Part shown: positions 50,403-64,000 of the stretch, one piece after another
Layout: every line of letters begins with the position of its first letter
Numbering within the stretch: the stretch's first letter is position 1
Source: Tubulanus polymorphus
Taxonomy: Eukaryota; Animalia; Nemertea
Assembly (NCBI RefSeq): GCF_964204645.1
Contig: NC_134033.1
Coordinates: forward strand, 11,416,655 to 11,480,654
Length of the DNA: 64,000 nt
Direction: 5' to 3'
Notes under the pieces: generated by a model
What the model saw: only the letters and a program-made list of their open reading frames with translations
Told to the model about the DNA's origin: nothing
Database searches by the model: none
Made by a program: the position numbers and the translations under genes

Positions 50403-51925
50403 TAACGAGGATCAAGTGAGAGTGTTATACAAGTGAAAACTGTTTGGGAGCGCAGTTTTATAAACCGACGAGCCCAATTACCTCGTTGAGATAATTATTC
50501 GTAGGTTAAACTGACCGTGTTTCCTCGCGTATTAGAGGAGAAGCACGCAGGAGAAGCACGGAAGAACGGCACGCAGGAGCAGCACGCAGGAGCGGCGCGC
50601 AGGAGTTGCGCGGAAGAGCGGCACGCCGGATTGCACGGTGGAGCAGCACGGAGGTGAAGTGTAAACGAGAATGATGCTTACTAACCCTTACAGGTAACAA
50701 CTTATAATGGAAAGCTGTAGTAACTGAATTATGAAATATGATTCAGGCGGACCCAGAATTGATATCTTCTTCATTTGTAGATGGTTGATGTGAATCCTCG
50801 TTTTTTATGAGGCAATTAGTGATTTCCCTGTAGCGTCACCGATTTCTGATTTCCGGGATGTCGAATGTATTTGAAATGGATACATCAGCTAGTATAAGGC
50901 AGATACGCTTATATTATATACAATATACAATATTTCACGTCACAGAATAATTTTCATTTTATGATAAGAGCATGACGTCCAGTGAGCAGTTTATACAGTG
51001 TCGTTTATTCTTTTTAGTAATTTAACATAACGTTTAGAAGCTGGAAGAAGTCGACCGAACTTTAGAAACACTCGCTGGCTGGAAAAGGGGGCGGTCACTG
51101 ATAATGACGAGAAAACAATACGTCCTACGAAGTCGCAGAAAACTCTAAAAACAGCCGCAAAGCAGCGATGCGGGTTTTTGCCTTGCTGGCTTAAATACCG
51201 TAGCGTATATCCCTAGATGACAATTAGCACTACGACAAATATTGTTTATGTGACTCGTAAAAGATGGAAAAAGAGATTTTGATCAAGTGCAACACCAATA
51301 CTGTCAATAATCCTCTGTGTAGATGACCTGCCTAAAACGGTGATGTTTTACTGGAAGTTAATTCATTGATGAATAAGCATGGTTGATACAGTATTTCGAT
51401 CTAACATAATTCAAACCGTTATACGTTTAAATATCTGGATAGACCAAAACCAGTCTTGCAGTTGGTGGAAATAATGACATATGACAGATTACAATTCGAG
51501 ATAGAAATCTCAATGAGATTCTAAACTACTTTCGATAGAAGTGGTGCTTTCGATGAGAAATGAGCCATCTACTAGTGTATTTCAATCGAGCAGAAAATCG
51601 AGAATGCAGTGGAAGTAAAATAATGAGTAAATTAATCATACAATGTTTTCAGTATTCAGGTTTAAAGAGCGATTAAGATTTGCCAACAGAATTATCAACG
51701 ACAAAAATGAAGAGAAGATTCCAGTAAAGACATTGCACCATTGCTGTTTTGATGAATTATCTGCATTAAAGTAATAACTTTATTTCTACCACATATAAAC
51801 AAGATAAAAATACATCATATTTTGTAATTCATTGGACAATTAATACGTAGAATGTTTACCAATGAAGCACAGTGGCTGAACTACAAAGAGGTCCGGTGTG
51901 TATAATAAGAACGAAGGGAACCGAA

Positions 51926-53038
51926 CTATCGCACTGAAGAAGCCCAACACCTTAATAGTCTCTTAAACTCGCCACGGAATTTCGAACTTCCCAAGCAATA
52001 CAGGTAGAAATTTACCATCGGATTGATGAACAGAAAAACATAAGATATAGAAGAACTCGCGCGGCGTAGTTCAGACAGAACGGGGTCGTTTTCATAATCA
52101 ACGTTGCCACTTTCCCAAAAATTTGCATGGAAAACGTAGGGTAAACTTGTAACAAGGAACACAAAACAGACGAGAAGTAGGAGAATCGTGAGGGAAATTT
52201 CTCGTTGGTGCAATTTTGTACCGGACGAAGTACTTTCACGTTGTTTCCTGCTCTTCAGTACAATTCTGGCCATTAAGATGTTGAGAATAAGCAGGACAGG
52301 GAATGGTATATAAACAGAATATATGACGTCAAACATATAGAACACGTCCCTCCAAACGCCTTCTAGTTGAAGTCGGCAGAATGGTTCACCGCCGTAGATC
52401 GGTGTTTCCGATCCACCGTAGATCAACAAATGTGAATAGCATAATGCAACAAATATAAACACAAACAGAACGACCCATCTTGCACGCTTAACTGTGCACC
52501 AGCTCTTCGCTTTTAGCGGGAATTGTATCGCTACGAATCTATCGACCGTAACAACGACTAACAGACTGTTCGATATCGCAAAACCGAAATAGTCTTCGGT
52601 GTAGTAAATTTTACAAAAAACGTTCGAAATCAATTCCGGGCGATTGTCTTCCAGGTAACTAAGCAATAACACAACAGCTAATAAGTTCGTATCGAAAACC
52701 GACAGGAATCTCAGATAGAAGGATGTAGTAAGACCCCGGTAACGTGGCGAGCTGAGCACTATGATAGCTAAGATGTTTGCCGGTACGCCCAGCCCTATTA
52801 TGACCGGTGGGAAATACTGGTTGAATAATAGGCTAACGTATCGGATCGATTCTAAACCGGCAGTGTTATTCCAGTATGAAAGAGTCATATCGGCTCCTAT
52901 GATTTCTTCGATTGTTAAGTATTCAAGAATGGCGAAGCTCGCAGATATGAGTAGCTCATATGTGTAGGAAGTGTCCTCTATCTGTTCTGATATCCTAATG
53001 CAACTTAACTGAAGACACAATGGCTTTGTGCAGGTCAT
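51926..53038 (-). CDS. Intronless class A orphan GPCR, GPCR-A copy 2
   Basis: Near-identical to 39126..40211. Retains VLSELRR before TM7. Confidence 0.88.
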   Translation of the reverse strand: MTCTKPLCLQLSCIRISEQIEDTSYTYELLISASFAILEYLTIEEIIGADMTLSYWNNTAGLESIRYVSLLFNQYFPPVIIGLGVPANILAIIVLSSPRYRGLTTSFYLRFLSVFDTNLLAVVLLLSYLEDNRPELISNVFCKIYYTEDYFGFAISNSLLVVVTVDRFVAIQFPLKAKSWCTVKRARWVVLFVFIFVALCYSHLLIYGGSETPIYGGEPFCRLQLEGVWRDVFYMFDVIYSVYIPFPVLLILNILMARIVLKSRKQRESTSSGTKLHQREISLTILLLLVCFVFLVTSLPYVFHANFWESGNVDYENDPVLSELRRASSSISYVFLFINPMVNFYLYCLGSSKFRGEFKRLLRCWASSVR

Positions 53039-53522
53039 ATCATTGATGAAACAATTTGTTAAGCGATTAGATAATTTGCTGCATGAGTCACTATCAAACC
53101 ATCAAATCTGTTCGTCCAATTCAACACGAAAATTACCTAAATAGCCCATATGTACATTATGAGTAATTTCATAAAATACGTAGCAAAATTGATTGTATGG
53201 ATTAGTTCTTCTCAGACATGGTAAAATCAAAAACTGAAATTGTTCGAAAGCAATACTGAAAGCATGTAGGACAGGGGTTAGATTACACATAAAAGCATCA
53301 TTAACTCCATCCACTACGATGAGCTGAAAGTATGACCATAATCTTAATTGATTGGAATGATTAATACAACATGAAGTTCCAAAATTATCTTAATGTGTTT
53401 TATTCAACGAAAATAGACGCTATTAAATAACTATGCCAGATATATCTGAACTACATAACAGTGTCCACAATACATGATTGTTCCAGGTGGCACCAGGAGT
53501 ACAGAAGTCTGCTCGGGAAATG

Positions 53523-54094
53523 GTTTGATTTGATTTGATTTGAACACTTTATTTTTCAAATATAATTTACAGCATAGTGTACAAAGCATAATACAAAATA
53601 CAGTAAATTAGACCTGGAGGGGCCTGTAGAAACTAAGGAATAGTTTGTATAAAACAGGTCCCTCAAAAGAGAAAAGAAAAAAAGAGAAATGCAATAAAGA
53701 AAATAATATGCTCACAGTCAATGGTAAATCGTTTGGCCAAATAAGATCATTACATTAGAAAGGGTATTTATGGGTTGACTGAATCCAAATGTCCTCATAA
53801 ATCGGGCAGCGGAGACTCGGGTTAGATCACATCATGGGAATGTAACCTGGTAGAATGCAGAAAGAAGCTCTTCCAAAAATATCTGGCGTTCACAACGTTT
53901 TTTACTAAGCGGTATATTTACAGGGGAGAACAAGTTAATGAGTAAATTTCTGATTAAACTGTTTATGAGGCATAAAGTAATGATATACTTTGAAGGAATA
54001 TGATTATGAGTGGAGAGAGAATCTATTGTTTAAACTGGTTCGGAGGCGACTTTTACGAAAGCTCCGAATAAACATGATAATAAGAAAACTGAAT
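53523..54094 (-). mobile_element. Probable LINE 3' end fragment between duplication arms
   Basis: Minus-strand stem-loop GAGGGACCTGT...ACAGGCCCCTC, then AATAAA and a (TCAAA)n tail. Confidence 0.45.
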
Positions 54095-55402
54095 ATGTTA
54101 GATTCGTATTGATATAGTCTATTTTCTGCAATCAGTTTGGTGAAACTGGATTTCTGGTGATTTAATTAAAAGTGATTTAAATGTATCGCAAAAATACCGT
54201 TCGTGTCTTAGTGAAGGAAAACTCAGTTCAAGAACTGCGACAACGGATTCGAAAGATTTCAGAGTTGGATATGTGGTCAAATTCAGCCGTGTGTCAAACT
54301 CTTCACGGTTACTCACTTTCACTTATTGATAATTTTCTGATATTTCGTTTTAGGATATTTGAATAAAAATCGATGACATCCGTCTGAAATAATCGCTTCG
54401 GTCTAGACTGGAATACAGATGACTATTTTATTGAAATATCGGTTATATCGATAAATAATATATAATACAAATTAATGGCTTGTATCGAGTTTAGTGAAAC
54501 ATATACCTATAATCCGTTTATAATCCTAATGTTATGAAATTTATTTTAATTTACGCGTATGTAATCCTTTTATGAAACGAAGGATTATGAATTTTCAGAA
54601 TCATAATTTGTCGTGATGTCAGCGGTAGACCAAGAGGCAAGATTTGAGGGCCGTAGGAGGTAGTTCCACAAATGTAAGAAAGGCATTTTTTTATTACCGT
54701 ATATCGCTGCAACCGTGAGGAGTTTGAAATTTCATTTTCTGATCGCTAATCCTAATTCTAGAGCGTTAAATGATGGAAGGCTCTACATGCAGAAAAAATT
54801 AAGCCATATTCAGACGGAATTATGATGATATATGACACGATTTGTCTGAAATGACGAATTCGGGAATTTGGGAAATGTATAAGACTGGAATTATAAACTG
54901 TATGATATTGTTTACTTGAAACACACGATAAGGTATGTACAGCTCCGTGGTTTGTAACATATAGTCTCTAGTAGGTTTAATCATGGACTCTGAAACTAAT
55001 CGTTTTATCTTCCATGGTTTAATCATTCAATACAGAAATGATCCTGTTCCACAATAATGTGTGGATTCTATCTGATTTTGACCTGAATGGAATCGGTTTC
55101 ATTTGGCTGTGGACCCAGTTCTTGAATTTGGTATTGAACCCAGGTCTAAATATGTGGAGTTTTATTTCACTTAATTTGACTTATCTGAGATTTTACCAAA
55201 TGAACTAGCATTTTGTTCATCTACATGTAACCATTCGAGCCGAAAACAAAACTCGATGACTCAAATTCGAAATATTCTTCATCCAGCCATGGACTCTAAA
55301 ACGTTTTAGAGTCGATGATCCAGCTAATAGGTTCTATTACTAGGTTTATTCTGTCGTCTATTACCTAGTTGTTATGTAATATTGTAACGTATTTATTTCA
55401 GT

Positions 55403-55693
55403 ATGTTCACTAAAAACTCTGTTCATCGCGTTGGCCTTGTTTATGGTCATTGGAACTATCGCAGCAAATGAAGGTAATCTATGACAATCATTCGGTTCAC
55501 GTGCAATCAGATAAGTTTACGTACTGTTTTCAATACAATTCCCACCTAAACGGGTTTTTTTCTAAATTTTTCAGAAGTGGGGTTTCAAAAAAGAGGAATT
55601 AGTTGCTATTGAAATAGCCAAAAGGGTACATATTGGTTTTTCTCTATAGACCAATCTTGTTGCCCAGCCATGGCTGGGAAATGTTGTTTGTAA
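55403..55693 (+). pseudogene. Six-Cys peptide gene T2b, pseudogene
   Basis: Exons 55403-55473 and 55575-55693. An extra A in the signal exon (A5 run near 55412-55416) and a TGC>TGA change at Cys2 (55610-55612). Mature region reads GISCY*NSQKGTYWFFSIDQSCCPAMAGKCCL. Confidence 0.85.
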
Positions 55694-56065
55694 AGGATAT
55701 TGGCTGCACAGCATCATGATATTGATAAATTTGCCTGATCATGTATGAACCAAATAAAAAACAACGTCAGAATTAAGAAATTCTTGAAGTTATGATTATT
55801 GGTCACTAATATTTCCACTGGAGGATTAGGACTTATGGTTACCCATTTCTAACCGGCCTTTCCAGGGACTGAATTAGCGAGAGGACCGTGGACCATGAGA
55901 CCTCGTCGAGGAAAACAAAAGTTCCAGCGGAACATGTTCAAGAATTACAAGGAGCCCTCGGTCAGCCTGTAGTTGTATTCTTAGCTATCAAATATTATTG
56001 TCGAGTTTTTTTATGAAATGAATGATAAAATTTAAGGATATACAAACATATATTCATAAAACAAT

Positions 56066-58075
56066 AAGCCTTTTTACAGTTTCCAGGCGCCATTTTTTGG
56101 GGTATCCGCCGGGTCCGCATTGTTGAATTATTTGTCCCTATTTTTCCCCCGTTTAATTTTTCTATTTCGTTCATATCTCTGTATTGGATAAAGATAGAAA
56201 CAAAGTAAAAATATCGATGAACTCGGCTGATAACAAACTTTTTTTTTATATCACTCATTTATTAAGTTAATGCAACAAGTTTTCAGGATCAATAGCCATC
56301 TATATGTGGTCCTATATACCTTTTACCGTTTTCAATTATCCGTATTAGTTTTTAAGTAGTTGCGAGTCAAACTTCCAAAACACGTTTTCTAGAGAATCAT
56401 GTTTGCATATTTATACCAAGAAATTTGACAATTCAACCGGTCCTACTTTGTTAAAATCAAAATTCTCAGTAACTATGGAAACAAGGGCACCTAGTTATTT
56501 GAAAAAATGGTAAATAGAGATATATTTCTAGTAACACAGGGACAGACTACGGGTTTGGAGGGTCGGTAGTCCGGACCCCTGCTCCTTCCCATTAAGGTTA
56601 CCATCTTTGTCAAGACAGTGATCGCATAAAACCTACAAATCTAACACTCATCCTCTTGCAAATTATATTGTTTTGGATGTATTTGTTTCAACATCGAGGA
56701 GCACCCTACTCGCAGCCTTAATATACGGAAAATGTCCTTACTTTTGGACCCCTCTCCCAATCATCTAAGATAGTCAAAAAAGTCGAAATAAGTCTTCTAG
56801 TGTCAGGCATTTAAGTTTCATTGATCTCCCGTCAATATTATATTGTTTCACAGTATATTGCATCAATGAAATACGGCGGTTGGCAGGTGATTCTCGAGCC
56901 AGTTGTTCAAAAGTCAACCATCAGAAATACCATGGTGTAATGGCGAGCACTCGGTCCTCGGTTAAATACCGGTACCCGATTTACATTTTTGAATTTGCAG
57001 CAGCAGCTCCACGCAAATGGAGGCAGCCATGGCTGTGTCAAACTTGACGCTTGCAAACCGTTGGATCGAGTTTGCTTTTTTGAGAAGGTTCGATGTTCGA
57101 TCTTTATTACTGATCGTGACACGAGCTGGAAGGTGTTTCAAATTGAATTTGAATATATTAGGCTTAGTCGATTGTGTTGGAAAGATTGGAACTTTGGAAT
57201 ATATTAGTATATATTGAGGAACATAACATTCGTTTACTTTCTGTCAAAATTGATCTCATGCGTTTGATAGTTGTTTTGAGATTTGGCACATTCTCAAGGT
57301 CTGTATTCAAGGTCTGTATTAGCCCACTTCACGTAAGTAGCCATGTAAAATTGCGACGGCAATACGACGCAGCATTGAGACTGTGGTTCTCATGCATGTG
57401 CCACATAATGTCTGACTTTGACATTTGCAATCGTATACCCGTACGTGCAGTTTTGGGATCGAATGAAACACGTTGGACAAAATGATAATTTCTGTTGTGA
57501 ACCTAGATAGCTGGTTAAAGCAACACCTGGGTTATTTCGTTTATTTTGACAAATCCTAGAGAATATATATCTTTAATTACCATTTTTCAAAAACCTAGGT
57601 GCCCTTATTTCTATGGTTACTTAAAAAATTGATTTTCAACAAAGTAGGGACCGGTGAAATTGTGAAATTTCCTGATATATAGATGCACGCAGGGGACCGG
57701 GGAAAACGTGTTTTGGAAGTTTGACTCGCAACTACTTAAAAACTAATACGGATAATTGAAAACGGTAAAAGGTATATAGGACCACATATAGATGGCTATT
57801 GATCCTGAAAACTTCAAAAATGTAGATTAAAATTTGTAAGAATTACGAACTTTTGAATGAGATGAGCAATAATTCAAGTTGAATGAGTGATATCATAAAA
57901 AAGTTTATTATCAGCCAAGTTCATCGATATTTTTACTTTGTTTTTATCTTAATAAAATCCAGAGATATGAACGAAATAAAAAAATTAAACCGGAGAAAAA
58001 TAGGGACAAAAAATTCAACAATGCGGACCCGGCGGGTACCCAAAAAAATGGCGCCTGGAAACTGTAAAAAGGCTT
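56066..58075. mobile_element. 2.0-kb non-autonomous element with long (about 450-500 bp) TIRs
   Basis: AAGCCTTTTTACAGTTTCCAGGCGCC...GGCGCCTGGAAACTGTAAAAAGGCTT. Absent from the paralogous empty site near 46595. Mirrored short ORFs 55995..56258 and 57883..58110 reflect the TIRs. Confidence 0.85.
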
Positions 58076-59336
58076 ATTATACTCTCCACATATTTCTGCT
58101 GGAAACATGATTTTGAATTATATTTTCGCCCCAACATTTTAACAAAACTAATAAATCATGACCACCCGAAACAACAAAATGCGGCGATATCCATCTATTG
58201 AAAATGAATTTAATTTGTCGAAGACATCACCAAAATGGAGTTCCGGTACACGATGTTACATCAATGCCGCGTGTAGGATGCATGACGGGAACACATTGCT
58301 GCGCAGAAAATAAAGTTATTCGATAAATCCGTATAAAAACGAACCCATTAGAGAAATTATTAGGATAATGAAATCGATGATTATCAGTCTATAACGATCT
58401 TCTCAGTCTAGTCTGGAATACAGATTAGTTCATGAAAATATCGGTTATTGATAATATCTGACCCATACTATGATGGTTTATGACGAGTCAATGAAATATA
58501 TTTTTAACAGTAACCGCTCAAGATGATTTAATGAAACTCGATACACTTGTTCGGGGTATGGTCCCATAGGTAATTGCTATACAATGATTTTTTTTCTGAT
58601 GAGCTGCCATCAGTAAAAGTATGGGGTCGCAACGATCGCCGTTACCGTTTAAGATAATTTCATTAAACTTTGTATATTTCTTTATGACATGGTTTCATCG
58701 GTTGTTTGTAAGGAAATTGTGATACTATGCATTGTGCTGCCTCCAGGAGGCACTTCAACTTTTAACAGTATCGCTGGACGTATCGGCCACACTCCACGCG
58801 GTTGCGCCACCGCGCGGGATTTACGCAAAGCAGCAGAACACAAACATGGCCACTCTCTCAATTTTCGATGATAGAAATCGTGTGTGCATTTCAATTATTT
58901 CGGCTGTTAGGGTTTTAAGGCACAATACAAGTTGATGATGTGATATGGCGATGTTAATTTATGATAATTCCGCAGTGAAGCTAGTCACGAACGGTGCTGA
59001 TTGAGTGTACAGCTGCCAAAAACACTGAAATGTGCGTAGTTGCGTAACTATTTGCAGTGAACTGCTGACGAAACATGAAGCCTTAACGGCCGTTTAAAAA
59101 AATTATACCAATCGCAATTGTAAAATAAAAATTAGATAGAACCTAAGTTAAAATTCTGGCCATTTCTAAAATGTTATTAATTATTATTACTAATTTTTAG
59201 TCAGTGCGGAACGTTTAGTTTTCCAACAATAATGAGGGGTGGTAGGTAGTCATGCAATTCAAGTCATCATTTATTACACGTTACTTCTGTGTTGTTTAAA
59301 ATCTCGCGAGTCCTGGACCAAACCCCAATGAACAAT

Positions 59337-60475
<1,139 letters not shown>

Positions 60476-60702
60476 AGAAGCGTTGAAGTGGAATACCCAC
60501 AATTACGAAGAAAGGATAAAGAGAGTAGTGTCGTTTCCACTATATTCTACGGAAGATTTTCAAAACTATAAAAGCAGTGAAGTTTCAATTACATTCTAAG
60601 GAAAGATTTTAAAAACTTAGAGAGAAGTGACGTTTTTGACTTAATCAGTCATGGAGTTGGTCTATTACTGGCCAATGGGATAGAAATGGACGATCATCGA
60701 CG

Positions 60703-60989
60703 TTAGTTGAGGCAGCACCTGCCTATAAACAATGGACAACAAATATGGCTAGGTGGACCCAGCAGCCAGTAGGTTGCCGGCTTTCCATGACAGGAGCAAG
60801 GAATTCCTCTCTTTTCAACTTCAATCTCTGCAATAACAATATTATTTTCCAAGACTCTATATACTTGTAAATTCAATTTAACAGCGTATTTCTGATTCAC
60901 GTGATAATTTTGAACAAGAAGTTACCTTCTGCGGCAAAGGCTCCGATGACCATAAACAAGGCCAAGGCGATGAACAGAGTCTTGTACAT
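60703..60989 (-). CDS. Secreted six-cysteine toxin/defensin-like peptide precursor T1c (62 aa, intact)
   Basis: Coding exons 60989-60926 and 60827-60703, phase-1 GT-AG intron. MYKTLFIALALFMVIGAFAAE-EIEVEKR-GIPCSCHGKPATYWLLGPPSHICCPLFIGRCCLN*. Confidence 0.9.
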
Positions 60990-63145
60990 ATTCTGAAAGT
61001 GAGTGACAATTAGATATTTTAAGTAAATGGTATGTTACGAATGTTGAAACTTGAAAGCAACGAGGAAATGTGGATTGGTCCGAACCCCCAATCACGCCAG
61101 TCCACACTGGGAGGTATTCGAACCTATGCGAAACCCAGTTATGGTAAACCAGGGACGTGTTAACTAGATTCTACGTCCATGGGTAAACCTATCCCCATAG
61201 TGGGCATTTATCACTGCAGCAACGAGCCTCGTTCATTCATTAGTCACCGCTACTTCTGCTAATCGTCAAGTTTTATCACTTACCTCAGCTTTATTGTGCG
61301 TCTTGTTAATGCAATCCACAACAATAGACTGAAGGCAGAAATTAATCCGTTATGTATACACAGTGTGGTAAACGGCTTTTTCACATAAGCAGCTTTGAAG
61401 ATTTTCAGAATAAATCCAAGTTCTAAATCAGACATTCGTATAATCCTGCTGAATATTTTCACGCACGTAGGGCTTAAAAAGATATATTTAGGAAAAATGA
61501 TTTCGTTTTCGTTATTTTTGTGAACCCATTGTTTGTGAGGCGTCATAATATCATATTAAATTCTGATTTTCCTTACGGTAATAGTCATCTACTTGAGGAA
61601 AGCGGCAAAATATCGAGCCTGAGAGCTGGAGTTTGCGTAACTAGGTAAACTCAAGTAACCGGAATTTTTGTAAATGGGCATTTTCCACCAAAATCAATCT
61701 TCTCGGCAAATAAAGAACCTTAACGAGTACAGTTCATTCTTCACCATTGGTATATTGGTCTAATGTTGATAAATTCTTCGCTTGATTTCCCTCATTCCTT
61801 CTGGCATTTTTACCTCTGACATTTTTACCTACGAAGTGATTTTACTTCTGGCATTATAACCTCTGGCTTTAATACCTGAATTTTTTTGACGACCACAATT
61901 TTGGTATTTGTGTTACTCAACATGTTTATCAATTCAGAATGTGGCTTTGTTATAAGAATAAACCGATTGCTGCACTACTGTTACTCCATTCCCCAACATT
62001 ATTGACTTCAACCCTTAAACAAATGCCAAATGTGACTTTCATGGCGTAGAACTTTGTTGTAGATTCATGCAGATCAATCTACAGCATTATACCACCCTTA
62101 AATACATTCTTTGGGTGACGTGGTATTTGTGTTTTTCCCAGACAGACACTACATCATTATACAGTCAGAAGCTTTGTTTAAAAACGATTGTTTCGAATGA
62201 AAATGTCATGTAAATGATATCCGAGCTTGCTATGACACAGATGATTTCTCTTGTTGAATAGTTTTTGTCCTCATTAATCACCATCTTTATGTTAGAGTAT
62301 AAGCTGTATGCCAGACAGTAGCAGTTGTTCGAAATATGATAGAAAATAGGCACGTAATACGTGTAAATGTACATCCGATTTTGTGCGCATGATACATATT
62401 TTTAACTTTATACTAGATGTCTAGATTCCATGCATTACTTGACAAATCCAGCGATACTGGTAACAAAAGGTGAAGTGCCTCCTGGAGGCAGCACAATGCA
62501 TAGTATCACAATTTCCTTTAAAACAACCGATGTAACCATGTCATAAAGAAATATACAAAGTTTAATGAATTTATCTTAAACGGTAACGGCGATCGTTGCG
62601 ACCCCATACTTTTACTGATGGCAGCTCATCAGAAAAAAAATCATTGTATAGCAATTACCTATGGGACCATACCCCGAACAAGTGTATCGAGTTTCATTAA
62701 ATCATCTTGAGCGGTTACTGTTAAAAATGTATTTCATTGACTCGTCATAAACCATCATAGTATGGGTCAGATATTATCAATAACCGATATTTTCATGAAC
62801 TAATCTGTATTCCAGACTAGACTGAGAAGATCGTTATAGACTGATAATCATCGATTTCATTATCCTAATAATTTCTCTAATGGGTTCGTTTTTATACGGA
62901 TTTATCGAATAACTTTATTTTCTGCGCAGCAATGTGTTCCCGTCATGCATCCTACACGCGGCATTGATGTAACATCGTGTACCGGAACTCCATTTTGGTG
63001 ATGTCTTCGACAAATTAAATTCATTTTCAATAGATGGATATCGCCGCATTTTGTTGTTTCGGGTGGTCATGATTAATTAGTTTTGTTAAAATGTTGGGGC
63101 GAAAATATAATTCAAAATCATGTTTCCAGCAGAAATATGTGGAGA
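60842..63145. repeat. Direct copy of 42885-46590 with internal deletions (third cassette)
   Basis: Colinear with 42885-44879 and about 45835-46590. Lacks the Harbinger MITE and the (TA)n tract. Confidence 0.9.
61284..61358 (-). promoter_or_regulatory. Putative core promoter and non-coding exon 1 of T1c
   Basis: Minus-strand TATACATA (61358-61351), an Inr-like TCAGTC about 25 nt downstream, and a perfect GAG|GTAAGT donor at 61284/61283. Confidence 0.5.
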
Positions 63146-64000
63146 GCCTTTTTACAGTTTCCAGGCGCTATTTTTTTGGGTACCCGCCGGGTCCGCATTG
63201 TTGAATTTTTTGTCCCTATTTTTCTCCGGTTTAATTTTTTTATTTCGTTCATATCTCTGGATTTGATTAAGATAAAAACAAAGTAAAAATATCGATGAAC
63301 TTGGCTGATAATAAACTTTTTTATGATATCACTCATTCAACTTGAATTATTGCTCATCTCATTCAAAAGTTCGTAATTCTTACAAATTTTAATCTACATT
63401 TTTGAAGTTTTCAGGATCAATAGCCATCTATATGTGGTCCTATATACCTTTTACCGTTTTCAATTATCCGTATTAGTTTTTAAGTAGTTGCGAGTCAAAC
63501 TTCCAAAACACGTTTTCCCCGGTCCCTTGCGTGCATCTATATATCAGGAAATTTCACAATTTCACCGGTCCCTACTTTGTTGAAAATCAATTTTTTAAGT
63601 AACCATAGAAATAAGGGCACCTAGGTTTTTGAAAAATGGTAATTAAAGATATATATTCTCTAGGATTTGTCAAAATAAACGAAATAACCCAGGTGTTGCT
63701 TTAACCAGCTATCTAGGTTCACAACAGAAATTATCATTTTGTCCAACGTGTTTCATTCGATTCCAAAACTGCACGTACGGGTATACGATTGCAAATGTCA
63801 AAGTCAGACATTATGTGGCACATGCATGAGAACCACAGTCTCAATGCTGCGTCGTATTGCCGTCGCAATTTTACATGGCTACTTACGTGAAGTGGGCTAA
63901 TACAGACCTTGAATACAGACCTTGAGAATGTGCCAAATCTCAAAACAACTATCAAACGCATGAGATCAATTTTGACAGAAAGTAAACGAATGTTATGTTC
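63145..64000. mobile_element. Second copy of the long-TIR element, running off the window
   Basis: Reverse complement of 57220-58074 at the same insertion site, with a 9-nt deletion at the terminus. Confidence 0.85.

Noticed and set aside
55610-55612. TGA at a Cys position in T2b as selenocysteine
   Set aside because: The same copy has a frameshift in the signal exon and I see no SECIS. A nonsense mutation is simpler.

Overview
Eukaryotic, AT-rich, intron-containing invertebrate DNA. The host is probably a marine lophotrochozoan, which is an inference and not provable from this window. From left to right: (1) an internally deleted chromodomain-bearing Ty3/Gypsy element (1932-6480, CGCT TSD) with a Kolobok-like TTAA element in its 3' LTR; (2) a type II membrane protein with 23-aa repeats and a 1-nt frameshift; (3) TTC14 (12 exons, very large RS-rich exon); (4) a repeat-rich intergenic block; (5) cyclin C (10 exons); (6) an SLC16/MCT transporter (4 exons) with a hammerhead-bearing Penelope fragment in intron 3; (7) a rearranged array of duplicated cassettes from about 38.7 kb to the end. 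The cassettes carry intronless orphan class A GPCRs and a family of small spliced genes that the ORF track shows only in fragments. These encode 62-aa secreted precursors (signal peptide, acidic propeptide, KR, 32-34 aa six-cysteine peptide). The mature peptides resemble sea-anemone beta-defensin-fold toxins of the APETx/BDS type but have a compressed CxC...CC...CC framework. There are five copies, two intact and three damaged, and every substitution between sister mature regions is non-synonymous. The first introns of these genes contain 30-35 bp palindromes with 7-bp TSDs that look like P-element excision footprints.
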